Virus record (IMG/VR): IMGVR_UViG_3300017769_000011
Span: 1-56,613 of that record
Strand: one strand, 5' to 3'
Source of the DNA: a virus
Lineage: Duplodnaviria > Caudoviricetes
Length of the DNA stretch: 56,613 nt
Shown: piece after piece, positions 8,000 through 17,498 of the stretch
How the letters are laid out: each line of letters begins with the position of its first letter
How positions within the stretch are numbered: position 1 is the stretch's first letter
Notes under the pieces: model-generated
Seen by the model: only the letters and a program-made list of their open reading frames with translations
Databases searched by the model: none
What the model was told of the DNA's origin: nothing
Translations under genes and position numbers: made by a program

Positions 8000-8390
8000 G
8001 AATCTTACATCCTATAAATTCATTATAATACATATCATTCAAAAGAACATCGTGTTCGAACTGGAGTTTGGCCTCGTAGTAAGAACACTCACCTTTGGTT
8101 TGACAAAGACGAAGTATCTCACGTTCAAATGATGCACCCTCTTCAATAAGAGTCTGAACAGTTTCACTTGAACCACAGTAGTCTCTCCAGTTAGATTCTA
8201 CTCGTGAAACTCTTTTTCTTTTTTTACCTTTAAGTGGTGGAAGTTTACGACTTGACCAAAAGAATTTTTTACCAATATATTTTTTACCATTTTTCAGATT
8301 CATCAAACAATAGACAAACCCTTGATAACTCTCTAATAACTCATCAGTCGGAAGAAACGTCTTCCCCTGATATGACCACTCGTGTATCAT
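7977..8390 (-). CDS. denA: GIY-YIG endonuclease, T4 endonuclease II-like
   Basis: GFVY...KKYIGKK, WRDYCGSS, REIL, YYEAKLQF, YYN; lies downstream of nrdB as in T4-like phages. Confidence 0.75.
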   Translation of the reverse strand: MIHEWSYQGKTFLPTDELLESYQGFVYCLMNLKNGKKYIGKKFFWSSRKLPPLKGKKRKRVSRVESNWRDYCGSSETVQTLIEEGASFEREILRLCQTKGECSYYEAKLQFEHDVLLNDMYYNEFIGCKIHAKHIKS

Positions 8391-10113
8391 TTTTTTCAAT
8401 CCAGTAATATCTGTCTTCATGGTGTAACACTAGTGCATCAAGAGGTGTTCTCGCTAGCACTTTTAATGCACCTACTAGATTATTTATAATGGGTTCACCT
8501 CTACGATTAAATGACGTATTGAGAAGAACTCCATCAAACGCAGTGAGTATATCGTAGAATAATGGATTGGTATCTTGGTCTACAACGTGTAGACGAGTCG
8601 TGTTGTCTATGTGAGTGACGGCGTTTAGTTTGTTTTGATATCTTGGTTTTACCTTTGCGACATATGACATGTGTTCCATGTTATCAAGACTAGAGGACTC
8701 AAAATACTTGTTGCAATCTTCTTTGCGACAGGCAGCCGCATATGGTCTGAACCACTCTCTGAATTTTACAGTAGAATTTAGTTTTTCTTTTGCGGTTCTA
8801 ATAGATGCGTCACATATGATTGACCTGTGTCCAAGAGCTCTAGGCCCGACCTCAACATCACCTTGAATCAAACCAATGACTTTACCATCACGAAGTCTCT
8901 GTCCAATCTCTTCGATAGTAACTTCAGTATCAAAGAACTTAGGACGATTGTGTAGGTCTCTGTCATTCATCGAGAATGCAGGGCCTGCAAATCTAAGGTC
9001 ATAATCTGTTTTCTTGAGAAGATTTAGTCTACTCATTTCTCGGAACATCATACCTACAGACAATCCACCATCTTCAGGATTCGGTGGAACATACACATTT
9101 ATATCTGGAAATGTTTGTCTTACTTTCTCATTTGCTAGGACGTTCATTGCAGAACCACCAGTGAGAATGAGATTATTGTCATGGAGTTTGATGTCGTCTA
9201 TGAAGTGTTCTTTAATAATATCAATAAGTGTTTCTTCAAAAAAGGATTGAAGTGTAGCGGCAATCATATATTGAGATGCCCCATTGATTGATACTCTTCC
9301 TCTGTTTTCAGGAAACTTTTCAAGAAAGTGTGATGCAGTATATGCTCCAAATCTCTGGTCGTCTATACCAAACACCTCTTGTGCCATGGCCCGATAACCA
9401 TCACACGTTATAAGATTTTCACGATGTTTATGAAAGTCTCTATTTCTGTCAACAAGGGATTGAACATCTCTTGGTTTTGGACTAGCATATGCCGCCATTG
9501 CCATCACCTTACCAACCACACCTAAAGAATATCCATGAGATGTGTTAGCATAAACTTCGTTTAGTGGATATGAGTTTGATTGATAGAACCCTGATATATG
9601 ATATCCATAATTAGTTCCAGTTATCTGTTTCTTATTTCTAAATGTTGCTGTGCGAAAATGTGTATCGTCTCCACCATTATCGAATGATATCACAAAAGCA
9701 TTATCGAATCCAGACTGACCATATCCACACCAAGCATGTGCGTCATGATGATGAATGGAATCACTAGATTCGTAAGCGTCATAGGTTGTTATTATTTTAT
9801 CTTCAACGAAGACTTTGCCAGTAAAATCACCCAATGCACTAGTTCTCTCGACAACATGAGGTGTATCTGAAAATAGATTGGCACTATTAAACTTTATATA
9901 AACATTACTAAATTCTTTAGAACCATAGAGGTCTAATACACTATCTTGACAAAAAACAAAGTCTGAAGTTATCATGTTAGATTTTATGAATAATGAGTGT
10001 TTCACTCCTATGATGCGGTCAAACTCATACACAAACATCTTATCAGTGTCAGGTTCATATATGGTTATAGACGAGTCGTGAAAACCCATGTAGTATGTAA
10101 GTATCGGTTTCAT
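8344..10113 (-). CDS. O-carbamoyltransferase (NodU/CmcH/TobZ family)
   Basis: HDSS, HHDAHA, GG.AMN, P..ED.G, GPRALGHRSI, KFREWFRPY, H.D.T.R and LLNTSFN motifs. Confidence 0.9.
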   Translation of the reverse strand: MKPILTYYMGFHDSSITIYEPDTDKMFVYEFDRIIGVKHSLFIKSNMITSDFVFCQDSVLDLYGSKEFSNVYIKFNSANLFSDTPHVVERTSALGDFTGKVFVEDKIITTYDAYESSDSIHHHDAHAWCGYGQSGFDNAFVISFDNGGDDTHFRTATFRNKKQITGTNYGYHISGFYQSNSYPLNEVYANTSHGYSLGVVGKVMAMAAYASPKPRDVQSLVDRNRDFHKHRENLITCDGYRAMAQEVFGIDDQRFGAYTASHFLEKFPENRGRVSINGASQYMIAATLQSFFEETLIDIIKEHFIDDIKLHDNNLILTGGSAMNVLANEKVRQTFPDINVYVPPNPEDGGLSVGMMFREMSRLNLLKKTDYDLRFAGPAFSMNDRDLHNRPKFFDTEVTIEEIGQRLRDGKVIGLIQGDVEVGPRALGHRSIICDASIRTAKEKLNSTVKFREWFRPYAAACRKEDCNKYFESSSLDNMEHMSYVAKVKPRYQNKLNAVTHIDNTTRLHVVDQDTNPLFYDILTAFDGVLLNTSFNRRGEPIINNLVGALKVLARTPLDALVLHHEDRYYWIEKNDTRVVISGEDVSSD

Positions 10114-10121
10114 ATCTCTAT

Positions 10122-10247
10122 TTATCCTATTTCAATCTCTGACCCACACATCGGACAATAAATTGGTTCTTCATCAGAGTCAACTACAGACACCTCTGTC
10201 TCTGTCTGGCATACAACACAGAATAATTCAAAGATGTCACCCTCCAT
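10122..10247 (-). CDS. Small zinc-ribbon protein (41 aa; not in ORF track)
   Basis: MEGDIFELFCVVCQTETEVSVVDSDEEPIYCPMCGSEIEIG; two CxxC motifs; start overlaps the nrdB stop. Confidence 0.7.
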   Translation of the reverse strand: MEGDIFELFCVVCQTETEVSVVDSDEEPIYCPMCGSEIEIG

Positions 10248-11209
10248 TATGCCGCAACCTTATCCCAGCCCCAATCACCTTCCATACCATTTACGGAATA
10301 TTCTGTGACACGTTTCTCAAAGAAGTTGTCGTGGGATGCACCATTCAGAACCCAATCTAACCACGGCAGTGGATTGTCCTTGACACCGAACTTTGGTTTC
10401 ATACCAAGTTGTAGAAGTCTGCGGTCTGCAATGTGACGGATGTATTGTTTAACATCTTCCTCAGACAGACCTTCCATCTCCATACCATCAAAAGCAAGTT
10501 TGATGAAACGGTCTTCGAGTTTGACTACATCTTTTGCCATCTGATAGATTTTAGATTTGAGTTCATCATTGACGATACGAGGATGTTCCTCGCAGAACTC
10601 ACGGAAGAGTTTCGCATTACCCTGAACGTGAACAGTCTCGTCACGAATAGACCACTCAACAATTGTTCCCATACCCTTCATCTTACCATACCGTTGGAAG
10701 TTCAACAACATCACAAACGATGCGAACACTGACAGACCTTCGTTGAATACAGACTGTGCAAGTGCTAATGCAAGTCCTGTGTGACTGTTGATATCACCCT
10801 GTTTCATGAAGTCAATCTTGTCGGACATCTCTTTGTATTCGAGGAACATATGAAAATCCTCATCAGGTAAACCTAATGTGTCATTCAACAATGCATATGC
10901 ACGTTGGTGAACAGCCTCACGACCTGCAAACGATGATAACATATTACGGACTTCGTTGTTCTTAAACTTTGGTATCAGGAGTTCATGATAGTTCTCACCG
11001 ACTTGCACATCTGATTGTGTGAACAGACGAAGAACCTGTGTGATAAAGTTCTTTTCTGGTTCAGTCAGTTTGGTTTTCCAATCCTGAACATCTTCGGATA
11101 GTTCTGCTTCATCTTCTACCCAATGAATCTCTTCGTGTTTCTTTGATAAGTCTACTGCCCACGGATATAGAAATGGACGATATGTTTTTGAAAAATCTAG
11201 TAGTGACAT
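10247..11209 (-). CDS. nrdB: Ribonucleotide reductase class Ia beta subunit
   Basis: EAVHQRAY (Fe ligands and radical Tyr), EG..F.SF, RDETVH, NFFE. Confidence 0.96.
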   Translation of the reverse strand: MSLLDFSKTYRPFLYPWAVDLSKKHEEIHWVEDEAELSEDVQDWKTKLTEPEKNFITQVLRLFTQSDVQVGENYHELLIPKFKNNEVRNMLSSFAGREAVHQRAYALLNDTLGLPDEDFHMFLEYKEMSDKIDFMKQGDINSHTGLALALAQSVFNEGLSVFASFVMLLNFQRYGKMKGMGTIVEWSIRDETVHVQGNAKLFREFCEEHPRIVNDELKSKIYQMAKDVVKLEDRFIKLAFDGMEMEGLSEEDVKQYIRHIADRRLLQLGMKPKFGVKDNPLPWLDWVLNGASHDNFFEKRVTEYSVNGMEGDWGWDKVAA

Positions 11210-11211
11210 GT

Positions 11212-13200
11212 TTACCCCTCACAAGCTCGGCATTCTTCGCCTTCTTCGGTTTCGATTGATTTGTTAAAATATTCCATAAGTTCGTCATAACCTCCGACAT
11301 ATTCACCTTGTAAATATATCTGAGGAACAGTTCTAACATCTCGACCTGTCACCTCACGAGCAGTTTTACCTACTTCTTTCAGGTCGATGTAATCAAAAGG
11401 AATACCACGCAAGCGAAGTTCTTCCTTTGCCATTGAACAGAATGGACAGTCTGACTTGCCATATACAATAGAACGCATATCACCTTGCAATGCAACACGT
11501 TCTACCTTCTCAGACACGTTCTCTGCCCTTTGTTTTGATTCAGTGCGTAGATAGTAAAGACCTTTCAATCCTTGTTTCCACGCATTAAAATGAACTTTAT
11601 TTACATAAGATTTATTCGCACCAGACGGAAAAAATAAATTTACAGATTGACCCTGACAAATAAAATCCTGACGTTCTGCGGCATGTTGCACTACCCACAT
11701 CTGGTCAAGTTCATCAGCAGTTTTGTAGATTGCCTTCTCACCCTCTGTGAGAAATGGCAAATGTTGGACTGACCCTTTCTTGGTAATGATAGATGTCCAA
11801 GTCGAGTCGTTGTTCTCACCTTTTTCTTCAAGCAGTTCTTGAAGGTATTTATTCTTTACAAGAAATGAACCAGCACGAGTTCGGTGAGTATACGCATTTG
11901 CCTTCATCGGTTCGATAGAAGGACTTGTGGATAGAATTATTCCACTGGAAGCGTTTGGTGCAATAGCAAGCAAATGAGAGTTTCTCCTTCCACTTCCTTC
12001 ACCGTCAAGATACTCACCACGTTCTTGGGCAAGGAGTTCTGTTTCTGCGACTGCTTCTGATTTGATGTGGTCAAATACTGTTTTGTTGATTTCTCTTGCG
12101 GCTTCTGATTCCCATGCGACTCCATGTTTTTGTAACAAACTGTGGAATCCCATTGCACCGAGTCCGAGAGACCTTTCTCTAACTGCGCTGTATTTAGCAC
12201 GCTCGATGGTATCGGGCGCCTCGTCAATGAAGAATTGCAGGACATTATCAAGCATCCGCACAAGGTCACGCACAATAGTCGTATCTTTCCATTCATCATA
12301 ATACTCTAAGTTTAAAGATGATAGGCAACAGACCGCAGTCCTATCATCAGATGTTGGTAAGTGGATTTCATTACATAGGTTTGACCCATGAATTTTAAGT
12401 CCTTTGTCTTTCAATGGTTGCGGTAATGCATTGTTTGCTGTATCAATAAAGTTTAGATATGGTTCACCTGTTCGAAAACGAATCTCAAGAAGACGTTCCC
12501 ATAACTTACGAGCATTGACTGTATCTCTTACACTATTGTCTTTCGGGTCACGAAGTTCAAAATCATCATCATTGACTACACATACCATAAATTCATCTGT
12601 GACATTTATTGCATTGTGAAGATTAAGTGCTTTGCGTTGCACGTCACCTGTGGGAATACGCATATTCATAAACTCAACAATGTCTGGATGTGAGATATCC
12701 ATGTATGCGGCATATGAACCCTTGCGTGTCTTACCCTGACGATAAGCAATCATGTCTGCATCTACTGTATGCAGAAATGGGATGGGGCCTGGAGCGATAT
12801 CTGAGACCGTTCGCACATCAGACCAATGTCCGCCAACACCGCCGCCATAAACACTGAGCCAACGAAGCTCAGAAGAATGGCTAATAAGACCCTCAAGAGT
12901 ATCGGGGACATATGTGAGAAAACACGAGATAGGCATCCCCTTTCCCTTTTTCTCTCCATTGGGAGCGTTCGATAATACTGGACTAGCAAACATAAAATAC
13001 TTGTTGCTAACATAATCATATAAACGTTGTGCAAGTGCATCATCCATTTCCTCTCTGTATCGTGACCATGCACCTGCGGCACGAGCAAACCCCTCTTGAG
13101 GACTCTTTTCATATTCATTCAGATAGAAATCTTTGAGCATACCTACGGCGTAGTCTGCTAATAGATTATCTTTCTTTTTATCAATTTTTAGGGTATGCAT
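11212..13200 (-). CDS. nrdA: Ribonucleotide reductase alpha subunit with fused glutaredoxin domain
   Basis: SCF, SNLCNEI, VCCLSSLNL, IAPNASS, LYYLR; then Grx CPFC...TVPQIY...VGGY; then tail CRACEG; no ATP cone. Confidence 0.96.
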   Translation of the reverse strand: MHTLKIDKKKDNLLADYAVGMLKDFYLNEYEKSPQEGFARAAGAWSRYREEMDDALAQRLYDYVSNKYFMFASPVLSNAPNGEKKGKGMPISCFLTYVPDTLEGLISHSSELRWLSVYGGGVGGHWSDVRTVSDIAPGPIPFLHTVDADMIAYRQGKTRKGSYAAYMDISHPDIVEFMNMRIPTGDVQRKALNLHNAINVTDEFMVCVVNDDDFELRDPKDNSVRDTVNARKLWERLLEIRFRTGEPYLNFIDTANNALPQPLKDKGLKIHGSNLCNEIHLPTSDDRTAVCCLSSLNLEYYDEWKDTTIVRDLVRMLDNVLQFFIDEAPDTIERAKYSAVRERSLGLGAMGFHSLLQKHGVAWESEAAREINKTVFDHIKSEAVAETELLAQERGEYLDGEGSGRRNSHLLAIAPNASSGIILSTSPSIEPMKANAYTHRTRAGSFLVKNKYLQELLEEKGENNDSTWTSIITKKGSVQHLPFLTEGEKAIYKTADELDQMWVVQHAAERQDFICQGQSVNLFFPSGANKSYVNKVHFNAWKQGLKGLYYLRTESKQRAENVSEKVERVALQGDMRSIVYGKSDCPFCSMAKEELRLRGIPFDYIDLKEVGKTAREVTGRDVRTVPQIYLQGEYVGGYDELMEYFNKSIETEEGEECRACEG

Positions 13201-13230
13201 GGTTGTCCTCGGCTATAGATTTGAGTTGAA

Positions 13231-13259
13231 AGTATAACATAATATAGAGTAAAAGTCAA
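13231..13259 (-). promoter_or_regulatory. sigma70-type promoter for nrdAB
   Basis: Minus strand TTGACT-N17-TATACT. Confidence 0.7.
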
Positions 13260-13260
13260 G

Positions 13261-13719
13261 TTACTTTCGCATTTTATCTATAGCACGAGAACCAAACCAA
13301 AACGAGATGATTGCAGCGAAGATTGCCTTGGTATCATCATCCCAAAGAATCTGAATGGCTTCTGAAAAGTCTGTGCCTTTTTCGAGCGCTTCCATCAAAA
13401 GTGTTATTTCAATAACAGCAAACAACCCAAAAAAGCAATATGTAATGACAGGTCTAACTGACTTCTGTAAACCAGCAATAAACCCTGTGCCTTGATTAAT
13501 AGAGATATCATGTTGAATTAACCTATCGTGTTCATTGTCTGCGGCCTGTGCTTCCCATGCTCTTAACTCATGGTCGAACCCTGCTTTACGCAGTTCAGCA
13601 AGAGTTTTCATTTTCTCAAGTTCAAACTTCTGTTGACCTTTTTGTTTGAAATGGTCTGTTATGGCAGGGACAACCGAACCACCAAAACCTAATAGACTAC
13701 CAAGAATACCACTAAGCAT
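13261..13719 (-). CDS. Holin-like membrane protein (3TM holin family-like)
   Basis: SVRPVITY, TM segments, FWFGSR ending. Confidence 0.6.
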   Translation of the reverse strand: MLSGILGSLLGFGGSVVPAITDHFKQKGQQKFELEKMKTLAELRKAGFDHELRAWEAQAADNEHDRLIQHDISINQGTGFIAGLQKSVRPVITYCFFGLFAVIEITLLMEALEKGTDFSEAIQILWDDDTKAIFAAIISFWFGSRAIDKMRK

Positions 13720-13728
13720 TATTCACTC

Positions 13729-14340
13729 CTATTTGTTTTTCTTTTGTTTAGTAATCTTCTTCATCTTTTCGATGTATGCACGATAGACATTTGCTTCTGC
13801 TGTCTTACCCATCACTCTTGCTCTTTGTTCCATAGCAATCGCTGCTTGTATTTTGTGTGCATGAGTTCTACTAGAAGATTCTATTTTATTTACACTTGCC
13901 TTTGCAGTTTCAACATCTTTGAAACCAAGACCATGAATAGTTCCTTTCGGATTTTCGTCCGTGTATAAATCTGAGTGTTTGTCTGACCCAGCTGGTTGAC
14001 CTTTTTTTCTAGGTATTCTAGATGCTTCGTATTTTGCTAGAATCCTTTCTCGCATCAGGTTTTCACTTTTTGTTCTATTTTCGATAAACCTACGAATAAC
14101 GTTCTCTCGGTCTTTTTTTCTTTTCTTCATATGAACAGGGACAATCTTTTCTGGATTGTCCCCTGCTCCTGCTACTGAGGATGTGCTTGTCATCTCCTCA
14201 TTAGCTTCTCCCTTTGCTCTTTTTAGTTGGTTTGGAGTCGGTGCGCCCTTCTCCCCCTTCTTTCTCATCTTCTCACCAGAACCTCTTTTGATTCTCTCTC
14301 TTTTCTTGTGAATGTTTGCCCAGAGACTTTCGTAATTCAT
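13729..14340 (-). CDS. Basic modular protein, putative internal head protein
   Basis: Lys-rich modules separated by YE/EE junctions. Confidence 0.55.
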   Translation of the reverse strand: MNYESLWANIHKKRERIKRGSGEKMRKKGEKGAPTPNQLKRAKGEANEEMTSTSSVAGAGDNPEKIVPVHMKKRKKDRENVIRRFIENRTKSENLMRERILAKYEASRIPRKKGQPAGSDKHSDLYTDENPKGTIHGLGFKDVETAKASVNKIESSSRTHAHKIQAAIAMEQRARVMGKTAEANVYRAYIEKMKKITKQKKNK

Positions 14341-14930
14341 TTCGTGATTTCCGCAGTAGAGAAGTAGACATTCTGTCCTGAATTTAAATGTTGTCCTTTA
14401 TATATATTAATTCCAAGTTCTTCACCAATAGGAGAATTTTCAATAACTCTAATCTGGTCATTCTTATTCACAACTTCTTCAAGTTGTGTTGTAATTGTAT
14501 CATACTTCATACGATATATGCCAGGTGAGAGATTGTCTCCTTCTATCATAAACCACTGACTTTCTTCGGCAAGACAATCTAACAAGTCTATACCTGTCTG
14601 TTCGTGTATCTCATTTATTTGTTTATTGTTGAGTTCACCATGTTCTCGAATAAGAAGAAGTGCCGCACCATATCTGGCGAGAATAGATTGACCGCCAGGC
14701 GCCTTTGACATGATTCTTTTGAGGTTGACTACCAGACGAATAAAGGGTGTGTAGTGTTTGCGATATGCGGCTCGGTCATCTGCACTGTTGGTATTGAAGT
14801 CTGGATTTTTCTTACCTTCTTTGTCGATGATACCTGCTTCATATGCCCCTAACTTTTCGAATGGTGTTACGAGAAGTTTAAGAAATCGAATCGTATAAAC
14901 GAGGTCGGCTGCTGTCTTTAGAATACCCAT
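14337..14930 (-). CDS. Conserved T4-like phage hypothetical protein (late)
   Basis: D...RFLKLL.TPF....AY..GIID..G motif; TATAAATA just upstream. Confidence 0.65.
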   Translation of the reverse strand: MGILKTAADLVYTIRFLKLLVTPFEKLGAYEAGIIDKEGKKNPDFNTNSADDRAAYRKHYTPFIRLVVNLKRIMSKAPGGQSILARYGAALLLIREHGELNNKQINEIHEQTGIDLLDCLAEESQWFMIEGDNLSPGIYRMKYDTITTQLEEVVNKNDQIRVIENSPIGEELGINIYKGQHLNSGQNVYFSTAEITK

Positions 14931-14935
14931 AGTCC

Positions 14936-14943
14936 TATTTATA
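14936..14943 (-). promoter_or_regulatory. T4-type late promoter
   Basis: TATAAATA on minus strand. Confidence 0.65.
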
Positions 14944-15295
14944 TCTCCCGAAGTCTTTCAACAACAAATTTATCCATTTCAATGTTAGTGTATTCTGTAT
15001 TTTTTACTGCTTTGAGAAAGATAAGAAATGGTTTGAGTATTTCCCAATATTCTAATTCAATTTTGAGTTCAAGAATATTGAGACCTGCATCGTAACCAAA
15101 CACATTGAATATCACAATGAGATGATTAATGATGAGTCGTTCAGACAGTTCACCACTCTGTCGATAACGGTTCAACAGTCGTTTAACATATTTGAATTTT
15201 TTTAGGTCTTCGAAGAACTCTTCGCTGTCAATACACTTAGGATTATAATAATGTTTCGCAGCGTATACGACTAAATTCTCTTTTGTAAGTCTCAT
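14939..15295 (-). CDS. Conserved T4-like phage hypothetical protein
   Basis: YA.KHY.NP.C...EEF.EDL..FKY.KRL...RLI.NH.I...NVF motif. Confidence 0.7.
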   Translation of the reverse strand: MRLTKENLVVYAAKHYYNPKCIDSEEFFEDLKKFKYVKRLLNRYRQSGELSERLIINHLIVIFNVFGYDAGLNILELKIELEYWEILKPFLIFLKAVKNTEYTNIEMDKFVVERLREI

Positions 15296-15339
15296 AACAA
15301 TTCCAAATAAACGGTTTTACTCCGATTATTTAGGGATTA

Positions 15340-15675
15340 CTAAGAGTCCTCTTCAACTATCTCTTCTTTTAATTCCTGAAGAGATTTCGTGTAATGTTCC
15401 GCAGTTGCTTCGGCTTCTACCTCAGTCATATCCTCAACAGATTTATTTGCAACAGGTGCTTCTGTGAGAGTCGTAAACTGTTTTGGTTTACTTCTTTTCT
15501 TTGACTTAGTTACAACCTTGACGGATTCTCTTTTGATTGTTTTCACACCAAAAAATTCGTCAATGTCACTTTGTTTGAAACCACCAGATACATAAAGTTC
15601 ACCTGTATCTGGGTCTTCCCAACCACGATTAGTTGGAACTGCGTTACTACACCATGAAGGAGCTTTGATTGTCAT
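15340..15675 (-). CDS. Hypothetical protein
   Basis: P.W...A.PT.RGW.D..TGEL motif; acidic tail. Confidence 0.6.
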   Translation of the reverse strand: MTIKAPSWCSNAVPTNRGWEDPDTGELYVSGGFKQSDIDEFFGVKTIKRESVKVVTKSKKRSKPKQFTTLTEAPVANKSVEDMTEVEAEATAEHYTKSLQELKEEIVEEDS

Positions 15676-15677
15676 AA

Positions 15678-16853
15678 TTATTTACCTCTACGATTATTCA
15701 TTCTTTCAAGAAATTCTTTTGCAGCCTTTGTGCGACCATCAAAAGGATTTTGATTTTCTGTATCTTTTCTATTTTCACCTGCAAGTTCACGGCGGGCAAG
15801 TTCAACCATTGATATAGAACCATCTTTAGTATCCATATCAATATCCTCTTTTACATTAGTGTCACCACTCTGATTATCTTGAGGACGTTTACCTGATTTG
15901 GGTTTCGTTCCATCTTTCTCAGCTTTGGTAGTTGTAGCAACACCATCCTCATAATTGTCTTCTATTTTCTTGTCAGACTTCTTATGAGCATTTTCAAATT
16001 CTTTAGACTTAGGAGACTCTTTATCATCATAGTCTTCACCATTGTTCTGGTCTTGCTTACGTTTTCCCTTATGCTCTGCTTCCCATAAACGTTCGAACAT
16101 AGAATTTAACTCGTCAATCTCTTCTCCGATTTTTGAGATTTCTGCTGTCTTATCGTCTGTTTTTGGGTTTCCATTTTTCTTTTTCTTTTTCTCATCATCT
16201 CCATTGGCGGTATCGGGTTTATCCTCACCATTCTCATCATCACCATGTTCGTCTTCCTTCGTTATTGCTTTACTGACCGCTTTTCTTCTCTTGTGAAGAT
16301 ACTCGTCAGATGAATCTACATCACCATCGTTATCGATGTCTTTGTCTTTACGGTCTTTGAACTTTTTCTTGACTGCTTTAGGTTGGACTTTATCCATACC
16401 ATCACCATCGTCAGACTTGTCGTTAGTGTTGTCTTCTTTTGAAAGTCTTGCTTCCTCTGCTTTCACATCATACTCTTTTCCACCAACTACAAATTTTTCA
16501 TCACCATTCTTTTTTGCAGCTTGTAGAGCCGCACCGAATGCATTACCTTCAGTTTTCTTTTTCTTCATATGATGGGCTTCTTCGATGACTTCCATGTCAG
16601 AGGCAGGAACTTTCTTCTCAAGACCATGCTTGAACTGAACGTCATACCACTCAACATTACCTTCATCATCAGGTATTGCGTGTGATTCATAGACAGGTTT
16701 ACCAAGACCCCATTCAGGGTGGTTGACTGTGATTGCACAGTTGTGGTCTTTGCTGTGACACAGTTCTTTTATTTCGTCATCCGTATAACCGATTTGTGGC
16801 GAAACTACGGATGCAAATGCCTCACCCAATCTTTTTATGTCAGAAGTTCTCAT
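15678..16853 (-). CDS. Low-complexity D/K/E-rich modular protein, putative prohead core/internal protein
   Basis: Charged modules; DIDNDGDVDSSDE EF-hand-like loop; DGRTK C-terminal motif; many h-x-E junctions. Confidence 0.6.
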   Translation of the reverse strand: MRTSDIKRLGEAFASVVSPQIGYTDDEIKELCHSKDHNCAITVNHPEWGLGKPVYESHAIPDDEGNVEWYDVQFKHGLEKKVPASDMEVIEEAHHMKKKKTEGNAFGAALQAAKKNGDEKFVVGGKEYDVKAEEARLSKEDNTNDKSDDGDGMDKVQPKAVKKKFKDRKDKDIDNDGDVDSSDEYLHKRRKAVSKAITKEDEHGDDENGEDKPDTANGDDEKKKKKNGNPKTDDKTAEISKIGEEIDELNSMFERLWEAEHKGKRKQDQNNGEDYDDKESPKSKEFENAHKKSDKKIEDNYEDGVATTTKAEKDGTKPKSGKRPQDNQSGDTNVKEDIDMDTKDGSISMVELARRELAGENRKDTENQNPFDGRTKAAKEFLERMNNRRGK

Positions 16854-16871
16854 TTTATTTTTTCTCCGTTG

Positions 16872-17174
16872 TTACATCCACTTGTTCACGCCAGTGGCGG
16901 CGACTATAGCTGCTAATAAAATCCAAAAGGCCTTTTGAATGAAACTAACGACTCGTGAGTTATCATTCACCTTATCGTTCAGTGCATCAAGTTTTGACGA
17001 GAACTTATTCATGCGTTCATGTTGATTCGCATTGTATTGTTCTATAGATATGAGTCTTTCCTCTGCCCGAGCAATAGAAATCATTGCGTCAGCAAGTTTA
17101 TCAATCTTTTCCTCAATACGGTCTAACCGTTGAGTTTGAGTCTGTCTCGCCACTTGTCTTACTTCCTGTTTCAT
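16872..17174 (-). CDS. Coiled-coil protein with C-terminal TM helix
   Basis: RLDRIEEKIDKL heptads and hydrophobic C-terminus; late promoter upstream. Confidence 0.65.
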   Translation of the reverse strand: MKQEVRQVARQTQTQRLDRIEEKIDKLADAMISIARAEERLISIEQYNANQHERMNKFSSKLDALNDKVNDNSRVVSFIQKAFWILLAAIVAATGVNKWM

Positions 17175-17199
17175 TTTTTTCCCATAGGATTTATAACTT

Positions 17200-17207
17200 T
17201 ATTTATA
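17200..17207 (-). promoter_or_regulatory. T4-type late promoter
   Basis: TATAAATA on minus strand. Confidence 0.65.
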
Positions 17208-17219
17208 TAAATTTAGTTT

Positions 17220-17498
17220 TTATTCCCACATTTTTATCACGAGATTACCATAACCCTTTATGATACGATGATACTCCATCGCCTTTATCTCGTAAACTAC
17301 ACCATGTTCCATGATAATAGGTTTCTCGTTGTCTTTCTGCAACTTCCATGCAGTTCCTTCGATAACCATAATTTGTCTATCATTTTGGTCACGATGCCAA
17401 ACCAAATCCTCTTCATCAACATATTTTGAAAAGACTCTAATGTCTTTATTTTGATAATAAGGTTGCATGTAATCACCAAAAGAAGTTTCCACCACCAC
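17220..17498 (-). CDS. Small cupin-like protein
   Basis: LVWHRD...W.LQ.DN..P......I....YHRIIKG. Confidence 0.65.
   Translation of the reverse strand: MVVETSFGDYMQPYYQNKDIRVFSKYVDEEDLVWHRDQNDRQIMVIEGTAWKLQKDNEKPIIMEHGVVYEIKAMEYHRIIKGYGNLVIKMWE

Noticed and set aside
8481-8488. TATAAATA (minus) inside the carbamoyltransferase gene, and another at 21633
   Set aside because: Intragenic 8-mers in AT-rich DNA may be chance matches; not called without TSS data
11212-13200. Intein or intron in nrdA
   Set aside because: The frame is continuous with all catalytic motifs normally spaced; the extra length is the glutaredoxin domain
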